The notes below the pieces were generated by a model. It worked only from the letters and a program-made list of their open reading frames with translations. It ran no database searches and was not told the origin of the DNA. Of a stretch of DNA of 64,000 nt, positions 36,752 through 46,446 are shown piece by piece; the stretch's first letter is position 1; the number at the start of each line of letters is the position of its first letter. A program made the position numbers and the translations under genes. Source of the stretch: a virus. Taxonomy: Duplodnaviria; Caudoviricetes. The stretch covers positions 1 through 64,000 of the IMG/VR virus record IMGVR_UViG_3300025735_000009. The stretch is one strand, 5' to 3'.

Positions 36752-37048
36752 ATGAAAATCATATTTAACGGCTCTGAGGTCCGCTTTGAAGGCGACAAGG
36801 GCCAGCAGCGTGGCAAGTACAAAGCCGGCCTGCCGATGAAGCGCGTGGTCTGGACCGCCGTGGTGCAACTCAAGGACGCCGCGGGCAATGCGACCGAAAC
36901 GAACTGGTCCACGCCGCCCGGGCGGCGCCTGAACTACCTGGAAGCCAAGGCGACCATGTTCGCCGTGGTGGCCGAGCTGCAGCGCGTGTTCAGGGACGAA
37001 TACCAGGGGGAGCCAGACACGGCGCATTTCGTCATGGTGAGCAGCTAA
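36752..37048 (+). CDS. hypothetical protein
   Basis: AAGGA RBS; leader motif at 36691. Confidence 0.65.
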   Translation: MKIIFNGSEVRFEGDKGQQRGKYKAGLPMKRVVWTAVVQLKDAAGNATETNWSTPPGRRLNYLEAKATMFAVVAELQRVFRDEYQGEPDTAHFVMVSS

Positions 37049-37539
37049 TGCGCGCACCAGCTGACACCCAAACCCTGGACTTCAACCTGCAGAAACTCGT
37101 CTTTCTGCCGGCGATCGCCGCCAAGGTGCAGAGCGGCGCGGTGCGCCAGGTGGTCATCCCCTGCAACCCGCAACCGGTGATTGATGCGGAGGCCCTGCGC
37201 CTGGCCGGACTCCCTCACCCCGAAAGCATGGCACTCATGCGAGCGGTACAACGCGCCTTTCGCCAAGGCTTGATCGGCGCCAGCACTGCGCCGATCCAGG
37301 TGGGGCATGCTTTCGAGCTCCTGCAGGCGCTGCCGCCCGAAAAGTACTCGCGGCTTGGTACCGGCCTGGTCCGCAGCATCGAGATCACCCGATTCAGCCA
37401 CCTGGGCGACCGAGAGCTGCAGGCATGTGGCCACTTTAATGCTGACACTTTTGCCGAATATTGGGACAGCACCACGCCCGATATACCGACCACCACCAAT
37501 CCATGGTGCTGGCTCATTCAGTTTGAATATAAGGGGTAA
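37048..37539 (+). CDS. ASCH-like hypothetical protein
   Basis: TTNPWCWLIQF C-terminus. Confidence 0.6.
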   Translation: MRAPADTQTLDFNLQKLVFLPAIAAKVQSGAVRQVVIPCNPQPVIDAEALRLAGLPHPESMALMRAVQRAFRQGLIGASTAPIQVGHAFELLQALPPEKYSRLGTGLVRSIEITRFSHLGDRELQACGHFNADTFAEYWDSTTPDIPTTTNPWCWLIQFEYKG

Positions 37540-37545
37540 CCAAAC

Positions 37546-37887
37546 ATGCACACCTTGGCACTTCTGGTGGTCACTGCTGCCCTATGTCACCTCTATCGCT
37601 ACTACAACAACGAAAACCACCCGAACATCATCCTTCACAAACTTCACAAGCGCCTGCGTGTATGCTTGGGAATGGCCATTATTGGCACGTTAGTATCAGT
37701 TTCCTACACGATCCCCGCCGAAATGGGTCGCATGGTGCGCAGCGTCCAGGCCAACCAGGTAGCGCTGGCGGCAAAGCGGCAGGAAGCACGCCAGGCGTCA
37801 GAAATCAAGCATGTGCGACAGATGATTGACGTTTTCGGGGGTGCCGACAACTATTTGGCGTACCTGCAGCGCCAAACATCACAATAA
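37546..37887 (+). CDS. small membrane protein
   Basis: Two hydrophobic helices. Confidence 0.6.
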   Translation: MHTLALLVVTAALCHLYRYYNNENHPNIILHKLHKRLRVCLGMAIIGTLVSVSYTIPAEMGRMVRSVQANQVALAAKRQEARQASEIKHVRQMIDVFGGADNYLAYLQRQTSQ

Positions 37888-38211
37888 ACAAAATTTCCAC
37901 ACCGTTCGTCGCTTAAACCCCTTTCGTGCGGAACTTTCTCATGTCACCCTTCACAAACAAGCATACGAGGGATGGGGTCAATGTGTGGGACCGGTTAAAG
38001 CCCGACGAACGGTAGCCCTTGTGTGGTGGGCGCTGCGGGCTTTAGAGACGCGGATATTATATCCGCGTCACATCCGGCGAAATCTTTCCCTTGATCTAGG
38101 CTTACACCTGCTCCTTTTTAAATTCAGCATCTTTCAAAACCGCAGGTCTGGAACCCGTCCCATGCAGGTCAAACCGACTAACACAGCATTCACAAGCATA
38201 AAGGCAGAACT

Positions 38212-39432
38212 ATGTCCCTTACTCAGAAGGTTATTCAAAACATAACCACGCCGGGCAAGTATCAAGACAAATATGGATTGGCCTTACGTGTATCGCCAGG
38301 AGGCGCCAAGGCTTGGATTATGCGTTACACCTTTGAGGGCACCCGTCGAGACGATGGCCTGGGAAAGTTCCCGGACGTTTCGCTGGATGAGGCCCGTGCG
38401 CAAGCTATGGCGATTCGCCTGTCTGCGCGTAAAGGTATTGACCCCCGAGAGGAAAAAGCAGAACGCGCCCGCTCGGCTGTAACCTTTCGCGAGGATGCTG
38501 AGGCGTTCATTTCGCGTCATGCGCATGGTTGGGGGGTCAAGCATACTCACCAGTGGGAAGCCTCACTGCGCGATCACGTTTACCCCAAAATTGGCGGCAA
38601 AGCAGTTTGCTCAATTGACACTGAAACAGTGCGCAAGGTGCTCGATCCGATCTGGCGTGAAAAGCCGGAGACGGCGCGGCGCGTGCGTAACCGCATAGAG
38701 CGAGTACTGGATTACTCCAAGACGCTGCAGCACAGGGATGGCGACAACCCTGCGCGCTGGCGCGGCCACCTGCAAAACATAATGTCCAATCTGTTGCCGA
38801 CGCCAACCCCTCTAGACTCAATGAGTTACCATGTATTGCCAGCATTTATGGCAAGACTAGAGGCGGAAGATTCGCGCGCCGCGCGCTGCATGCAATTCCT
38901 AATATTGACAGGTTGTCGCAGTGCCGAAGCCATGGGCGCGCGCTGGGATGAGATAGATTGGGAGCACTCTGTATGGCGCATCCCTGCTGAGCGTATGAAG
39001 AGCCGCGAAGATCACGATATTCCTCTAAGTCAGGCAGCACTAAACGTGCTCAAAGAAGCCGGAACTAGAGGGAAAAGTGAGTACATATTCTCTAACCCAA
39101 CTTACACCGGGATGATGGCCAACAACACGTTGCGCCGCCTGCTGAAAGAAAAAATGGCAGAGAGCTGCACGGTGCACGGTTTCCGCGCGACTTTCCGCAC
39201 CTGGCTGCAGGAGAAAACCGATTTCTCGAATGAGCTGTGTGAAGCGGCACTGGCTCACGCAGTAGGCAATCTAACGCAGCGCGCCTACACCCGTGGCAAG
39301 CAACTCGAGAAGCGTAGACCGATGATGGATAAGTGGGCGCGTTTTGCTGTTGAGCGAATGCAGCCACCAGCACCGCGACCGAGCATGACGGTTGCAGCAC
39401 GCTCTGGGAAGTCACATCAGCCGTACACATGA
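38212..39432 (+). CDS. int: tyrosine integrase, P4-like with arm-binding domain
   Basis: N-terminal GLALRVSPGGAKAW; catalytic R (LTGCRS), HGFR, LAH and Y (RAY). Confidence 0.95.
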   Translation: MSLTQKVIQNITTPGKYQDKYGLALRVSPGGAKAWIMRYTFEGTRRDDGLGKFPDVSLDEARAQAMAIRLSARKGIDPREEKAERARSAVTFREDAEAFISRHAHGWGVKHTHQWEASLRDHVYPKIGGKAVCSIDTETVRKVLDPIWREKPETARRVRNRIERVLDYSKTLQHRDGDNPARWRGHLQNIMSNLLPTPTPLDSMSYHVLPAFMARLEAEDSRAARCMQFLILTGCRSAEAMGARWDEIDWEHSVWRIPAERMKSREDHDIPLSQAALNVLKEAGTRGKSEYIFSNPTYTGMMANNTLRRLLKEKMAESCTVHGFRATFRTWLQEKTDFSNELCEAALAHAVGNLTQRAYTRGKQLEKRRPMMDKWARFAVERMQPPAPRPSMTVAARSGKSHQPYT

Positions 39433-39436
39433 ACGG

Positions 39437-39487
39437 TAAAAAAACGCCCCAAACCCCATTAGCCATTGCGGCGTGGGGCGGGGCGTT
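39437..39487. terminator. terminator between convergent int and lysis genes
   Basis: AAACGCCCC...GGGGCGTTT. Confidence 0.6.
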
Positions 39488-39629
39488 TCTGCGTTAAAAA
39501 TTCCAACTGGCAGTGAGCATCCATTGCGAGTGCTCATCGGCAAGCCATAGCTTGCCCGTGAGCTTGATGGGTACCTCGTAGAGCGTCAGGGTGGCCCGCC
39601 AGTACAAATCGGGCAACCCGTATGCGTCT

Positions 39630-40124
39630 TTAAGCCAGTCGACCGAGTTGATGATCAGCAATTCTGAACCTCACTCGATAATCAGCGATCTCGGCATCGG
39701 ATAGCACCGATACGTCGAAGTCTGCCCATGTCACGCCCTGTGCCTGGCACTCATCCCACGCATGCCACCCGCCGATCTCCAGGCCGCCGCGAACTGCTGC
39801 TGCCTGTAGCGCATTGGCGCCCTGCAGCCCGCACATTTCGGCAAAAAGGCCGTCCAAGTCGGCGCGCTTCTCACCAGTCACGGGACTCAGCATGTATCGG
39901 GCATCGTGAATCACGCCCGGCAAGCGGTGGTCGACCGTGGCAAACAACCCGTTGAGCAGCGCGGGGATGCTGGCCAGGTCGGTCAGCATCCCGCGCGGCG
40001 CTTCAAAGGTGCGCCCGCGGCTATCCACGTAATAGACGGTGTTCATCAGCGTCCACAGGTCGTTACTTTCCGCCGATCGGAACGGGCGCAGGATCGGCGG
40101 ACCGCTAAAGCCCTGCTTAGGCAC
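39630..40124 (-). CDS. DUF1353-like protein
   Basis: APRGMLTDLASIP...GVIHDARY...ADLDGLF. Confidence 0.8.
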   Translation of the reverse strand: MPKQGFSGPPILRPFRSAESNDLWTLMNTVYYVDSRGRTFEAPRGMLTDLASIPALLNGLFATVDHRLPGVIHDARYMLSPVTGEKRADLDGLFAEMCGLQGANALQAAAVRGGLEIGGWHAWDECQAQGVTWADFDVSVLSDAEIADYRVRFRIADHQLGRLA

Positions 40125-40632
40125 GCGTGGTCGCCTGGATGGCCTGGGCCACGGTGGTCGGTACCGCCGACTCTTCAGCGCCGATCGCGGTACCGCCTAC
40201 TGCAGGGCCGGTGGAAGCGGTGGTGGTGGCATCAGTTGCAGGGGTGGCGGGCTCGACGGCCGGGGTGCCGGCGCGCAAGGCCTGGATCACGTCGGCCTGC
40301 TCCTGGGTCAAGCGACCTTCGGTTACCGCCTTGGCGATCGCGGCGTCGATGACCTCGGCGGCCTTCTCCTGGGTGGCCACCGCCAGCTGCGCGTCCAAGG
40401 TGGTGTCGCCATTGACGACGTCACACAGCCCGGTGTTGTACACCTTGCCGGCGACCACCAGCTGCGCCACCGCGCGCTGGGCCGGGCTCATCTTGCAGTA
40501 GGTGCCCACCGCGCTCGAGGCGTCGGCGTAGACGGCACCGCCGACGGTAGACACGACATTGCCAACGGTGGAACAGGCGGCCACACCGGCCAGGGCCAGG
40601 GCCAGAACGGCGCCCATCAGAACTTTACGCAT
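40117..40632 (-). CDS. lipoprotein in lysis cassette (spanin-like candidate)
   Basis: Signal peptide with lipobox VAAC. Confidence 0.7.
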   Translation of the reverse strand: MRKVLMGAVLALALAGVAACSTVGNVVSTVGGAVYADASSAVGTYCKMSPAQRAVAQLVVAGKVYNTGLCDVVNGDTTLDAQLAVATQEKAAEVIDAAIAKAVTEGRLTQEQADVIQALRAGTPAVEPATPATDATTTASTGPAVGGTAIGAEESAVPTTVAQAIQATTRA

Positions 40633-40681
40633 AGGGTGAATCTCCATGTATTGCGGTTGGGTTGGGTAAATCAGGGGGAAT

Positions 40682-41272
40682 TCAGGCCGCGGCCGGCAGG
40701 TCGCGCAGGCAGTGCGCGCGCTCAGCCTCACGGCGTTTCTTGATGCCGGGCATCCACTTGGGGTTGAGCCACTGCATGATTTGCTCGCAGGCGCCGACGC
40801 GATCGCCGGCACGGAGCTTGCGCACCAGGGTGCTTGGAACGCCGCTGGACTTGAGCGCGAAAAGCCCGTCCTTGACGCCTTTGCCGCCAGGGCCAAGGTT
40901 GTCGTAGAAGCTGTTGTAGGCTTCCTGCTCGCCCAAGGTCAGGTCCTCGTAGGTGATCTGGCCGGCGGGCGTCTGGATGAGGCCGATACGGCGCTGCAGC
41001 ACGGCCTGGTTGGCCTCCATCCGGGCCACCAGCGTTTCAGCACATTCCTCCAGCGTGCGCGCCGGCTGGCCGAACTTGACGCCTTGGGTCTGTCCCATGC
41101 ACTGGGTAGGGATGCCCAGGCCGTCGTCGTAGACGTCCAGGCGCGTGCCCTCATAGCCCGCGGCGGAAATGGCCATGGTGATGATCACGGCCAGGGTTTT
41201 CTTGCGCTGGCCCACGGCCTTGATCGCGCTGGTGACTTCAAGCGTTGTTGGAATCTTGGCCATCTTCGGCAC
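40682..41272 (-). CDS. endolysin (GH24 lysozyme, SAR-type N-terminus)
   Basis: Hydrophobic N-terminus then EG..L.VY.D.LG.PT.C.G.T; C-terminal GIKKRREAE. Confidence 0.88.
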   Translation of the reverse strand: MPKMAKIPTTLEVTSAIKAVGQRKKTLAVIITMAISAAGYEGTRLDVYDDGLGIPTQCMGQTQGVKFGQPARTLEECAETLVARMEANQAVLQRRIGLIQTPAGQITYEDLTLGEQEAYNSFYDNLGPGGKGVKDGLFALKSSGVPSTLVRKLRAGDRVGACEQIMQWLNPKWMPGIKKRREAERAHCLRDLPAAA

Positions 41273-41495
41273 TCCCAGTGGTTTTACTCAGGAAATGGAT
41301 GGCCACGTTCAAGGACTTGAGCACGGTGGAAACAGCCGCGTAGACGGCCGGATCGACCAGGCCCTGGCCATCCAGGCAGGCCCAAGCGATCACCACGCCA
41401 TCGAGGACGATGCCGGCAGCGATCAGGGCGGTATTGAACGGCTTGGCGCCGCGGGCGCAGCGCTTGACGGCGCCCCCTTGGGCTTTAGCGGCCAC
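41238..41495 (-). CDS. holin/antiholin candidate
   Basis: GTG start with GAGG; two TM segments; directly upstream of endolysin. Confidence 0.55.
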   Translation of the reverse strand: MAAKAQGGAVKRCARGAKPFNTALIAAGIVLDGVVIAWACLDGQGLVDPAVYAAVSTVLKSLNVAIHFLSKTTGSAEDGQDSNNA

Positions 41496-41790
41496 GGGCG
41501 TCCACCTCTTTGCGCAGCTGCTTGAGCTCGAAACCCTGCTCGAGCACGGTGGTCTGCAAGGCGGAGACTTCTTTGCCGGTAGTGTCTTGGGCGCCCTTGA
41601 TTTGCGTGACGTCGCGCTGCACCAGGGCGATGTCCCGACTGAACCCATTGATTGAGGTTTGGATGCCGTCCAGCTTGTTGACGACGGAGGTACACAGGCC
41701 GATCAGCAGGGCGCCGGCCAGGGTCTGCCCCAGCTTTAAGATCCCTTTGACGACGGGCAAGTCCATCAAACGCTGCGTGTCAGCGGCCAT
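41485..41790 (-). CDS. holin-like membrane protein with coiled coil
   Basis: One TM plus heptad region; first gene of lysis operon. Confidence 0.6.
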   Translation of the reverse strand: MAADTQRLMDLPVVKGILKLGQTLAGALLIGLCTSVVNKLDGIQTSINGFSRDIALVQRDVTQIKGAQDTTGKEVSALQTTVLEQGFELKQLRKEVDARGR

Positions 41791-41824
41791 TTTTGTGCTC
41801 TCAGAAATCCGTGTTGATGCACGT

Positions 41825-41865
41825 ATTCTGTTCGCGTAAATGGCCGCTTCTCGGGCGGGGTTTGC
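41825..41865 (-). promoter_or_regulatory. putative late promoter for lysis operon
   Basis: GCAAACCCC-N26-CAGAAT. Confidence 0.7.
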
Positions 41866-41871
41866 GCCGAT

Positions 41872-42090
41872 TTACGGCCGCTTGGCCATGATCTCGGCGA
41901 TGTTGGAGAGCCCCTTGATCATCGAGTCGAGGCGGTTGATCTGCGCCATCACCACCTTTGCTTCGTTCTCGCGGTTTTTCTTCCAGTTCTCGAAGGGTTT
42001 GCTCGCAAACAGCTTCTTGATTCGCTCGTCAGTCAGCTTGCCGCACTGGATGAGGTCCTGGCCGAAGTACAGCGCCAGGTCGGCGCGCAC
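41872..42090 (-). CDS. small tail-region protein
   Basis: 72 aa; frame stays open ~24 codons upstream of the GTG. Confidence 0.65.
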   Translation of the reverse strand: MRADLALYFGQDLIQCGKLTDERIKKLFASKPFENWKKNRENEAKVVMAQINRLDSMIKGLSNIAEIMAKRP

Positions 42091-42094
42091 CGCG

Positions 42095-42868
42095 TTATAG
42101 GATTCCCATAATTTGACGCGCTCGCTCGGTGATGCAGGAATGGGGAGGAAACCGGGCCGGTGCTAACTCTGGCACCCCCTTTTCGGCATCGGGCTGACTG
42201 ACCTGGCGGGCTACAACGCCGTGCAGGTTGGTCACCGCATACACCAGGTGCGCGGCCTGCTGCTCGCACTGACGGAAGTAGTCGAACAGGGCCACAAATT
42301 GGTTATCCGCCAGCTTGCGCACCTGGTGGATGCGCTCGAGCAGCGCCGCTTCGTACTGGGCGTCATCGATGTAGGGCGTTGGCTCTTCATCGGCGCCGCG
42401 CAGGCAGGCGGCCATGCTGGCGGCCCACCAGCTGTAATTGGTCTTTTTGAAGGTGCCGCCTTCAATCAGGGTTTCGATGATCTCGGCCTGGTAGCCCAGC
42501 ATGGGGCTGTAGATCATTTCCCGGCCTTCAAACACAAAGCCGACATTGGCCACTGCCGCCGTGAAATCGGTATTGCCCAGCAAGTAGTCGTGAAAATGGC
42601 CCTTGCCGATCGGGAAGTCGGGGCCGTCTTCGCGCGTCGAGCTCATGTAATAGGCGGCCACGTAAGTCCGCTCATTGATCGACCACATGCGCGGATCACT
42701 CACGACACCCGGGCGATCGATAGAGCGGCAGACGTGCTGCAGGAGCGCCGTGTAAGTGCGCTGCTCGAACACCGCCGGAATCTCGCAGAGCGCTTCGATC
42801 TGATCCATGTTGAGGACGGACATTTCGACCGAAATACGCGCCGTATTCAGTGGGTTGATGTACTTCAT
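42095..42868 (-). CDS. morphogenesis protein (tail assembly/baseplate hub candidate)
   Basis: Position after tube genes in a P1-like tail cluster. Confidence 0.55.
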   Translation of the reverse strand: MKYINPLNTARISVEMSVLNMDQIEALCEIPAVFEQRTYTALLQHVCRSIDRPGVVSDPRMWSINERTYVAAYYMSSTREDGPDFPIGKGHFHDYLLGNTDFTAAVANVGFVFEGREMIYSPMLGYQAEIIETLIEGGTFKKTNYSWWAASMAACLRGADEEPTPYIDDAQYEAALLERIHQVRKLADNQFVALFDYFRQCEQQAAHLVYAVTNLHGVVARQVSQPDAEKGVPELAPARFPPHSCITERARQIMGIL

Positions 42869-43563
42869 AGCACCCCGAAGTAGTCGTATTGAGTGAACGT
42901 CAGGTTGATGGTGGCGAACTCATCAGCTGAGCGGGCCTGGTTGGTTTCGCACGACACCGGCACCATCGGCCAGGAGGCCGAATAGCCGTAGTTTTCGCGA
43001 ATAGCGCCATGGGTGACGGTGATTTGGTTGGCGTACTGGGACGGCAAGCCGAATGTGCCATCCGGCGATGCCACGGCCTGGCGCAGCTGGTCAAACCACA
43101 GCTTGATTTCACCGTCTACGTCGTAGCAGGTCAGGCGCAGCTCTACCGGATCGACCCCGGTGGGCGACTGGGTGAAGCCGGAGCCGAGCTTGCCCGGCTC
43201 CCACCCCAGCTGGGTACCGTTGTAAGAGCACTCAATGGCCAGCAGGTTGACCCGGGGCGCGGCAATCTTGCCGATCGGCGCCACCGCCACATGGAACAGG
43301 TTCGAGCGCTCACGATCGACGCCTATGGCCTCGTCAAAAATCCGCTCGTACTCGGCCCAAGACACACCGCCAAGCAGGAGGTTGTCATTTTTGCCGGACC
43401 GACTGAGATAGTTGTCGAGCAGCTTGTTACTGGCGCCCGCCACGTTGCCGTTGAGCAAATCCCGGGCAGCGCCGGTGTATTTGAGCACCTTGCTGCTCAC
43501 GCCAACTTTGGGGGTGATTGCCGCGGCTGCCTGGTACGCCAGGCGCTCAAAGATACTGGCCAT
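42865..43563 (-). CDS. tail tube-like protein (P1 Tub-like)
   Basis: ELRLTCYDVDGEIKLWF...DGTFGLPSQY; position. Confidence 0.55.
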   Translation of the reverse strand: MASIFERLAYQAAAAITPKVGVSSKVLKYTGAARDLLNGNVAGASNKLLDNYLSRSGKNDNLLLGGVSWAEYERIFDEAIGVDRERSNLFHVAVAPIGKIAAPRVNLLAIECSYNGTQLGWEPGKLGSGFTQSPTGVDPVELRLTCYDVDGEIKLWFDQLRQAVASPDGTFGLPSQYANQITVTHGAIRENYGYSASWPMVPVSCETNQARSADEFATINLTFTQYDYFGVL

Positions 43564-43967
43564 TAGATCGAAAACACCTCGTATCCGAAGCACAGCTGGG
43601 GCAGGCGCGTTTCGTAGGTGTCGATCGCCACCTGCACTTCAGCCACCTGGCGGCCGAACACCTCTGCGCCCATGCTGCGCGATGCCTCGAAGGCGGTACC
43701 GTTCTCGCGCTCCATGTACAGGTGCCAGAGCGGCTCAATGATTCCGACCTCACTGGTGGTCAAATCGAAGTCCTGGGCCCCCTCGGCTGTCGCTGAGGCG
43801 TCGATATCGATGTAATCGCCATTGGCATCCAGCGCCAGCTTGAGGCGCTTGTACGCGCAGTATTTGCGCACTGCAGCGCGCAAGCTCCGGGTGATCTGCT
43901 CGTCAGTGAGCGCGCAGCCAATCGGCAGCACGGCCAGAAAGCTGGCTACTAATTGGCTGATCTTCAT
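43563..43967 (-). CDS. head-tail connector candidate
   Basis: 134 aa in structural operon. Confidence 0.45.
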   Translation of the reverse strand: MKISQLVASFLAVLPIGCALTDEQITRSLRAAVRKYCAYKRLKLALDANGDYIDIDASATAEGAQDFDLTTSEVGIIEPLWHLYMERENGTAFEASRSMGAEVFGRQVAEVQVAIDTYETRLPQLCFGYEVFSI

Positions 43968-43969
43968 GG

Positions 43970-44443
43970 TTACTGGTTCGCGAACCAGTGGAAGTGCAGC
44001 GTGCCCTGGAACAGCAGGGTTTGCGCGTCGTTCTCCCAGTCGCGATCAGGGGTATCCATGACCATCACCAGGTTTTTGAGGCTCTCTTTGCGCAGGTAGT
44101 CGTCTGGGCGGCCCTCGTACACAGTTGCATTGAGGTAGCTGCCGTTGGCGATCAGCGCCTTGAGCATCTCGCTCGCCTGGCCCTTGACGGTTTCGTACAG
44201 CGCCACCGGGCCTTCCTGCTTGGTCTTGACCTGCTTGGGCTGCACCATCAGCTGGCCGTTGGGGCCGTAGGTTTCAATAACATCGCCCACGGTGGCCACC
44301 GGCCAGGGGAACTGCTTTACCAGCAGTGGCATGTTGGGGAATTCATCGAAGACGATCTGGGCATCAGATTGAACAATCTTTCGCCCCAGGTCGTTGGTGT
44401 TTTGGAACGTGCGGCTCAATACCGCCATGGCGTCAACAGACAT
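43970..44443 (-). CDS. tail tube protein (P1 BplB-like)
   Basis: GRKIVQSD...IETYGPNG...YET segments resembling BplB. Confidence 0.7.
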   Translation of the reverse strand: MSVDAMAVLSRTFQNTNDLGRKIVQSDAQIVFDEFPNMPLLVKQFPWPVATVGDVIETYGPNGQLMVQPKQVKTKQEGPVALYETVKGQASEMLKALIANGSYLNATVYEGRPDDYLRKESLKNLVMVMDTPDRDWENDAQTLLFQGTLHFHWFANQ

Positions 44444-44478
44444 ACTCAAACCCTCGGATGCGTGAACAAACAAGGGTC

Positions 44479-44519
44479 ATCGTCACACGCAGAAAACCCC
44501 CTATTTTCGGGGGGTTTGC
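44479..44519 (-). promoter_or_regulatory. putative late promoter overlapping terminator hairpin
   Basis: GCAAACCCC-N26-GACGAT. Confidence 0.65.
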
Positions 44520-44522
44520 GCG

Positions 44523-45692
44523 TTATTGGCGGGCGAAGAACTTGCGAATATCGGGGCGGTCGAGCGCGGTGAGCGTCGACATATTGACCTGCACTGTCAG
44601 GTCGATGTAGTTGCCCTGATCATCGCGCGGGGCGTCGAGCGGGTATTCAATACTCTCGATCACCGACGGCGGGTAGGTGCGGCCGCCGTGGGTCAGGCCC
44701 AGCAGCTTGGGCGCCTTGGATGGGAACAGTGCTTTGATAAACGAGTCGACGTCCTTGGTGGTTTGCAGCACCTCGGACAGAATTCCGTCCTCGGCCAGCT
44801 CCTGGGGGAATACCCACTCCAGCAGGCGCGCCAGCGGTGCTTCCACTTCCGTCATCGCGTTGGTGACAGCTCGGAAGCGAATGCCGAATGTGAACTTGAC
44901 CGGCGGCATGCCGGCGAACACCTGGCGGCTGTTGAGCTTGGTGACGCCCGTGCGCCCCTGCAGGTCGATCATCACCGCCTTGAGCTTGTCGGAGCTCGCA
45001 TCAAGGGAATCGGCGACTGCGCCCTCTTTGAATGGGCTGATTGCCTGCAGGGCGTTGATCACGGGCACCAGCCCGCCGGTCTGCAGCAGGCCGGTCAGGG
45101 TGGGGGCCTTCGTTTCAGGCCCGGAATTCTCGAACGGCGATTGCCAGTTCTGGGTGATGCTGATGCTACCGCCTTCAACAAGGGGGCCGTAGACACCGGC
45201 AAACTCTACGATATCGGCGACCCCTTTGGAGTCGCAAACAAAGATTCGCGCCAGCAGGAATGGGGACATCGAGCCCCAGTCACTGCCAAGGTCATTGTTG
45301 AGCCCGGTAAGGCCAAGCACAGACGAGCCCAGCGGACCCGAAATGACGCCTTTGAGCCCGTCCCCTGTCACCAGGGTGGACAGCTTGCCTTTGACCTCAC
45401 CATAGACCTGGGAAACCGAAGTCTTGCCGGTGAATAGGTCACTGACAGTGCCGGTGACCTTGGTGGCGGCGCCGGTGATGGCGTCCAGGTTGGCTTTACC
45501 GCCCACCAGGTCGCCAAGGGTGTCGGTAGCGGACTTGGTGACCCCGGTTACGATAGTGCCGCCAACGGTCCCTGTGACGTCAGCGACTGACCCTAGCAGG
45601 CTGTTGGGGCGGTTACTGGCAATGGTCGGGGTGACGCCCTGAATGGACGCCCCCACGGTTTTGCCCAACGAGTCATAGCTAAAGTCAGCCAC
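44523..45692 (-). CDS. structural protein of unknown function
   Basis: 389 aa; Gly/Thr/Val-rich N-terminus; located in tail operon. Confidence 0.65.
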   Translation of the reverse strand: MADFSYDSLGKTVGASIQGVTPTIASNRPNSLLGSVADVTGTVGGTIVTGVTKSATDTLGDLVGGKANLDAITGAATKVTGTVSDLFTGKTSVSQVYGEVKGKLSTLVTGDGLKGVISGPLGSSVLGLTGLNNDLGSDWGSMSPFLLARIFVCDSKGVADIVEFAGVYGPLVEGGSISITQNWQSPFENSGPETKAPTLTGLLQTGGLVPVINALQAISPFKEGAVADSLDASSDKLKAVMIDLQGRTGVTKLNSRQVFAGMPPVKFTFGIRFRAVTNAMTEVEAPLARLLEWVFPQELAEDGILSEVLQTTKDVDSFIKALFPSKAPKLLGLTHGGRTYPPSVIESIEYPLDAPRDDQGNYIDLTVQVNMSTLTALDRPDIRKFFARQ

Positions 45693-45696
45693 AGGC

Positions 45697-46437
45697 TTAC
45701 TTACCGATCATCTTCATGCGGATGCGCATGGACTTGGCGCGCTTGCGCTTGGCGGTACCGGAGAAGGCTTTGCGCTGCATCTTGCGCACGGCCGCCTTCT
45801 GGCCAGCGGTCAAGCGCACAGTGCCGCCAATACGCTTGTTGATACGCACCTTTTTGCCTGCCCGGATAGCCACCACCTTGCGATAGGTGGCATCCATCAG
45901 CGAATCGTCTTCGCCGTGGATAAACTTGTCGGTGGCGTCCAGCATGGCTTCCTCGCCTTGCGGCATCTTGTCCAGCAAGGCGTCATGCACACGAGCAGCG
46001 ACCTCGTTGTCGAAGTTGTCCAGGAGAGAATCGATATCGCCAGCATCGATACCGCGGTCCTCCAGGAAGTCGCCGACCAACTCGGCGATATCGGCGGCAT
46101 AATCCGCTTCGTCGTCGGTGATTTCCTGGTCGCCGTCGGTGGCGGTACCGATAACCAGGGCATACAGGCGATCGCCGAAGCCTTCACCCTTGTCGAGTTC
46201 TTCGGTTTCCGCCCACTCGCCCACCACAGCTGCAGCCTCGACGCGCATTTCATCGGTCATTACCGACTTGACGTCATCCATCAGGTGTTCGCCGTCACCG
46301 CTGCCATTACCGTTGCCGTTGGCGTTGTCCATCATCCCGTCTTTGTTCGGGATTACCTCGGGCTGCGCCGGCGGCGCCGCGAAAGCGGCGGCCAGCTGGG
46401 CTTTGGCGCCCAAAATTCCAGTCAGATAGTTGTCCAT
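45697..46437 (-). CDS. prohead core/scaffold-like protein
   Basis: Acidic body with very basic C-terminal tail, reminiscent of T4 prohead core proteins. Confidence 0.5.
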   Translation of the reverse strand: MDNYLTGILGAKAQLAAAFAAPPAQPEVIPNKDGMMDNANGNGNGSGDGEHLMDDVKSVMTDEMRVEAAAVVGEWAETEELDKGEGFGDRLYALVIGTATDGDQEITDDEADYAADIAELVGDFLEDRGIDAGDIDSLLDNFDNEVAARVHDALLDKMPQGEEAMLDATDKFIHGEDDSLMDATYRKVVAIRAGKKVRINKRIGGTVRLTAGQKAAVRKMQRKAFSGTAKRKRAKSMRIRMKMIGK

Positions 46438-46446
46438 GAATCCCCC

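Noticed and set aside
37888-39629. tRNA-derived attP core beside int
   Set aside because: No tRNA or tmRNA 3'-end sequence recognised on either side of int.
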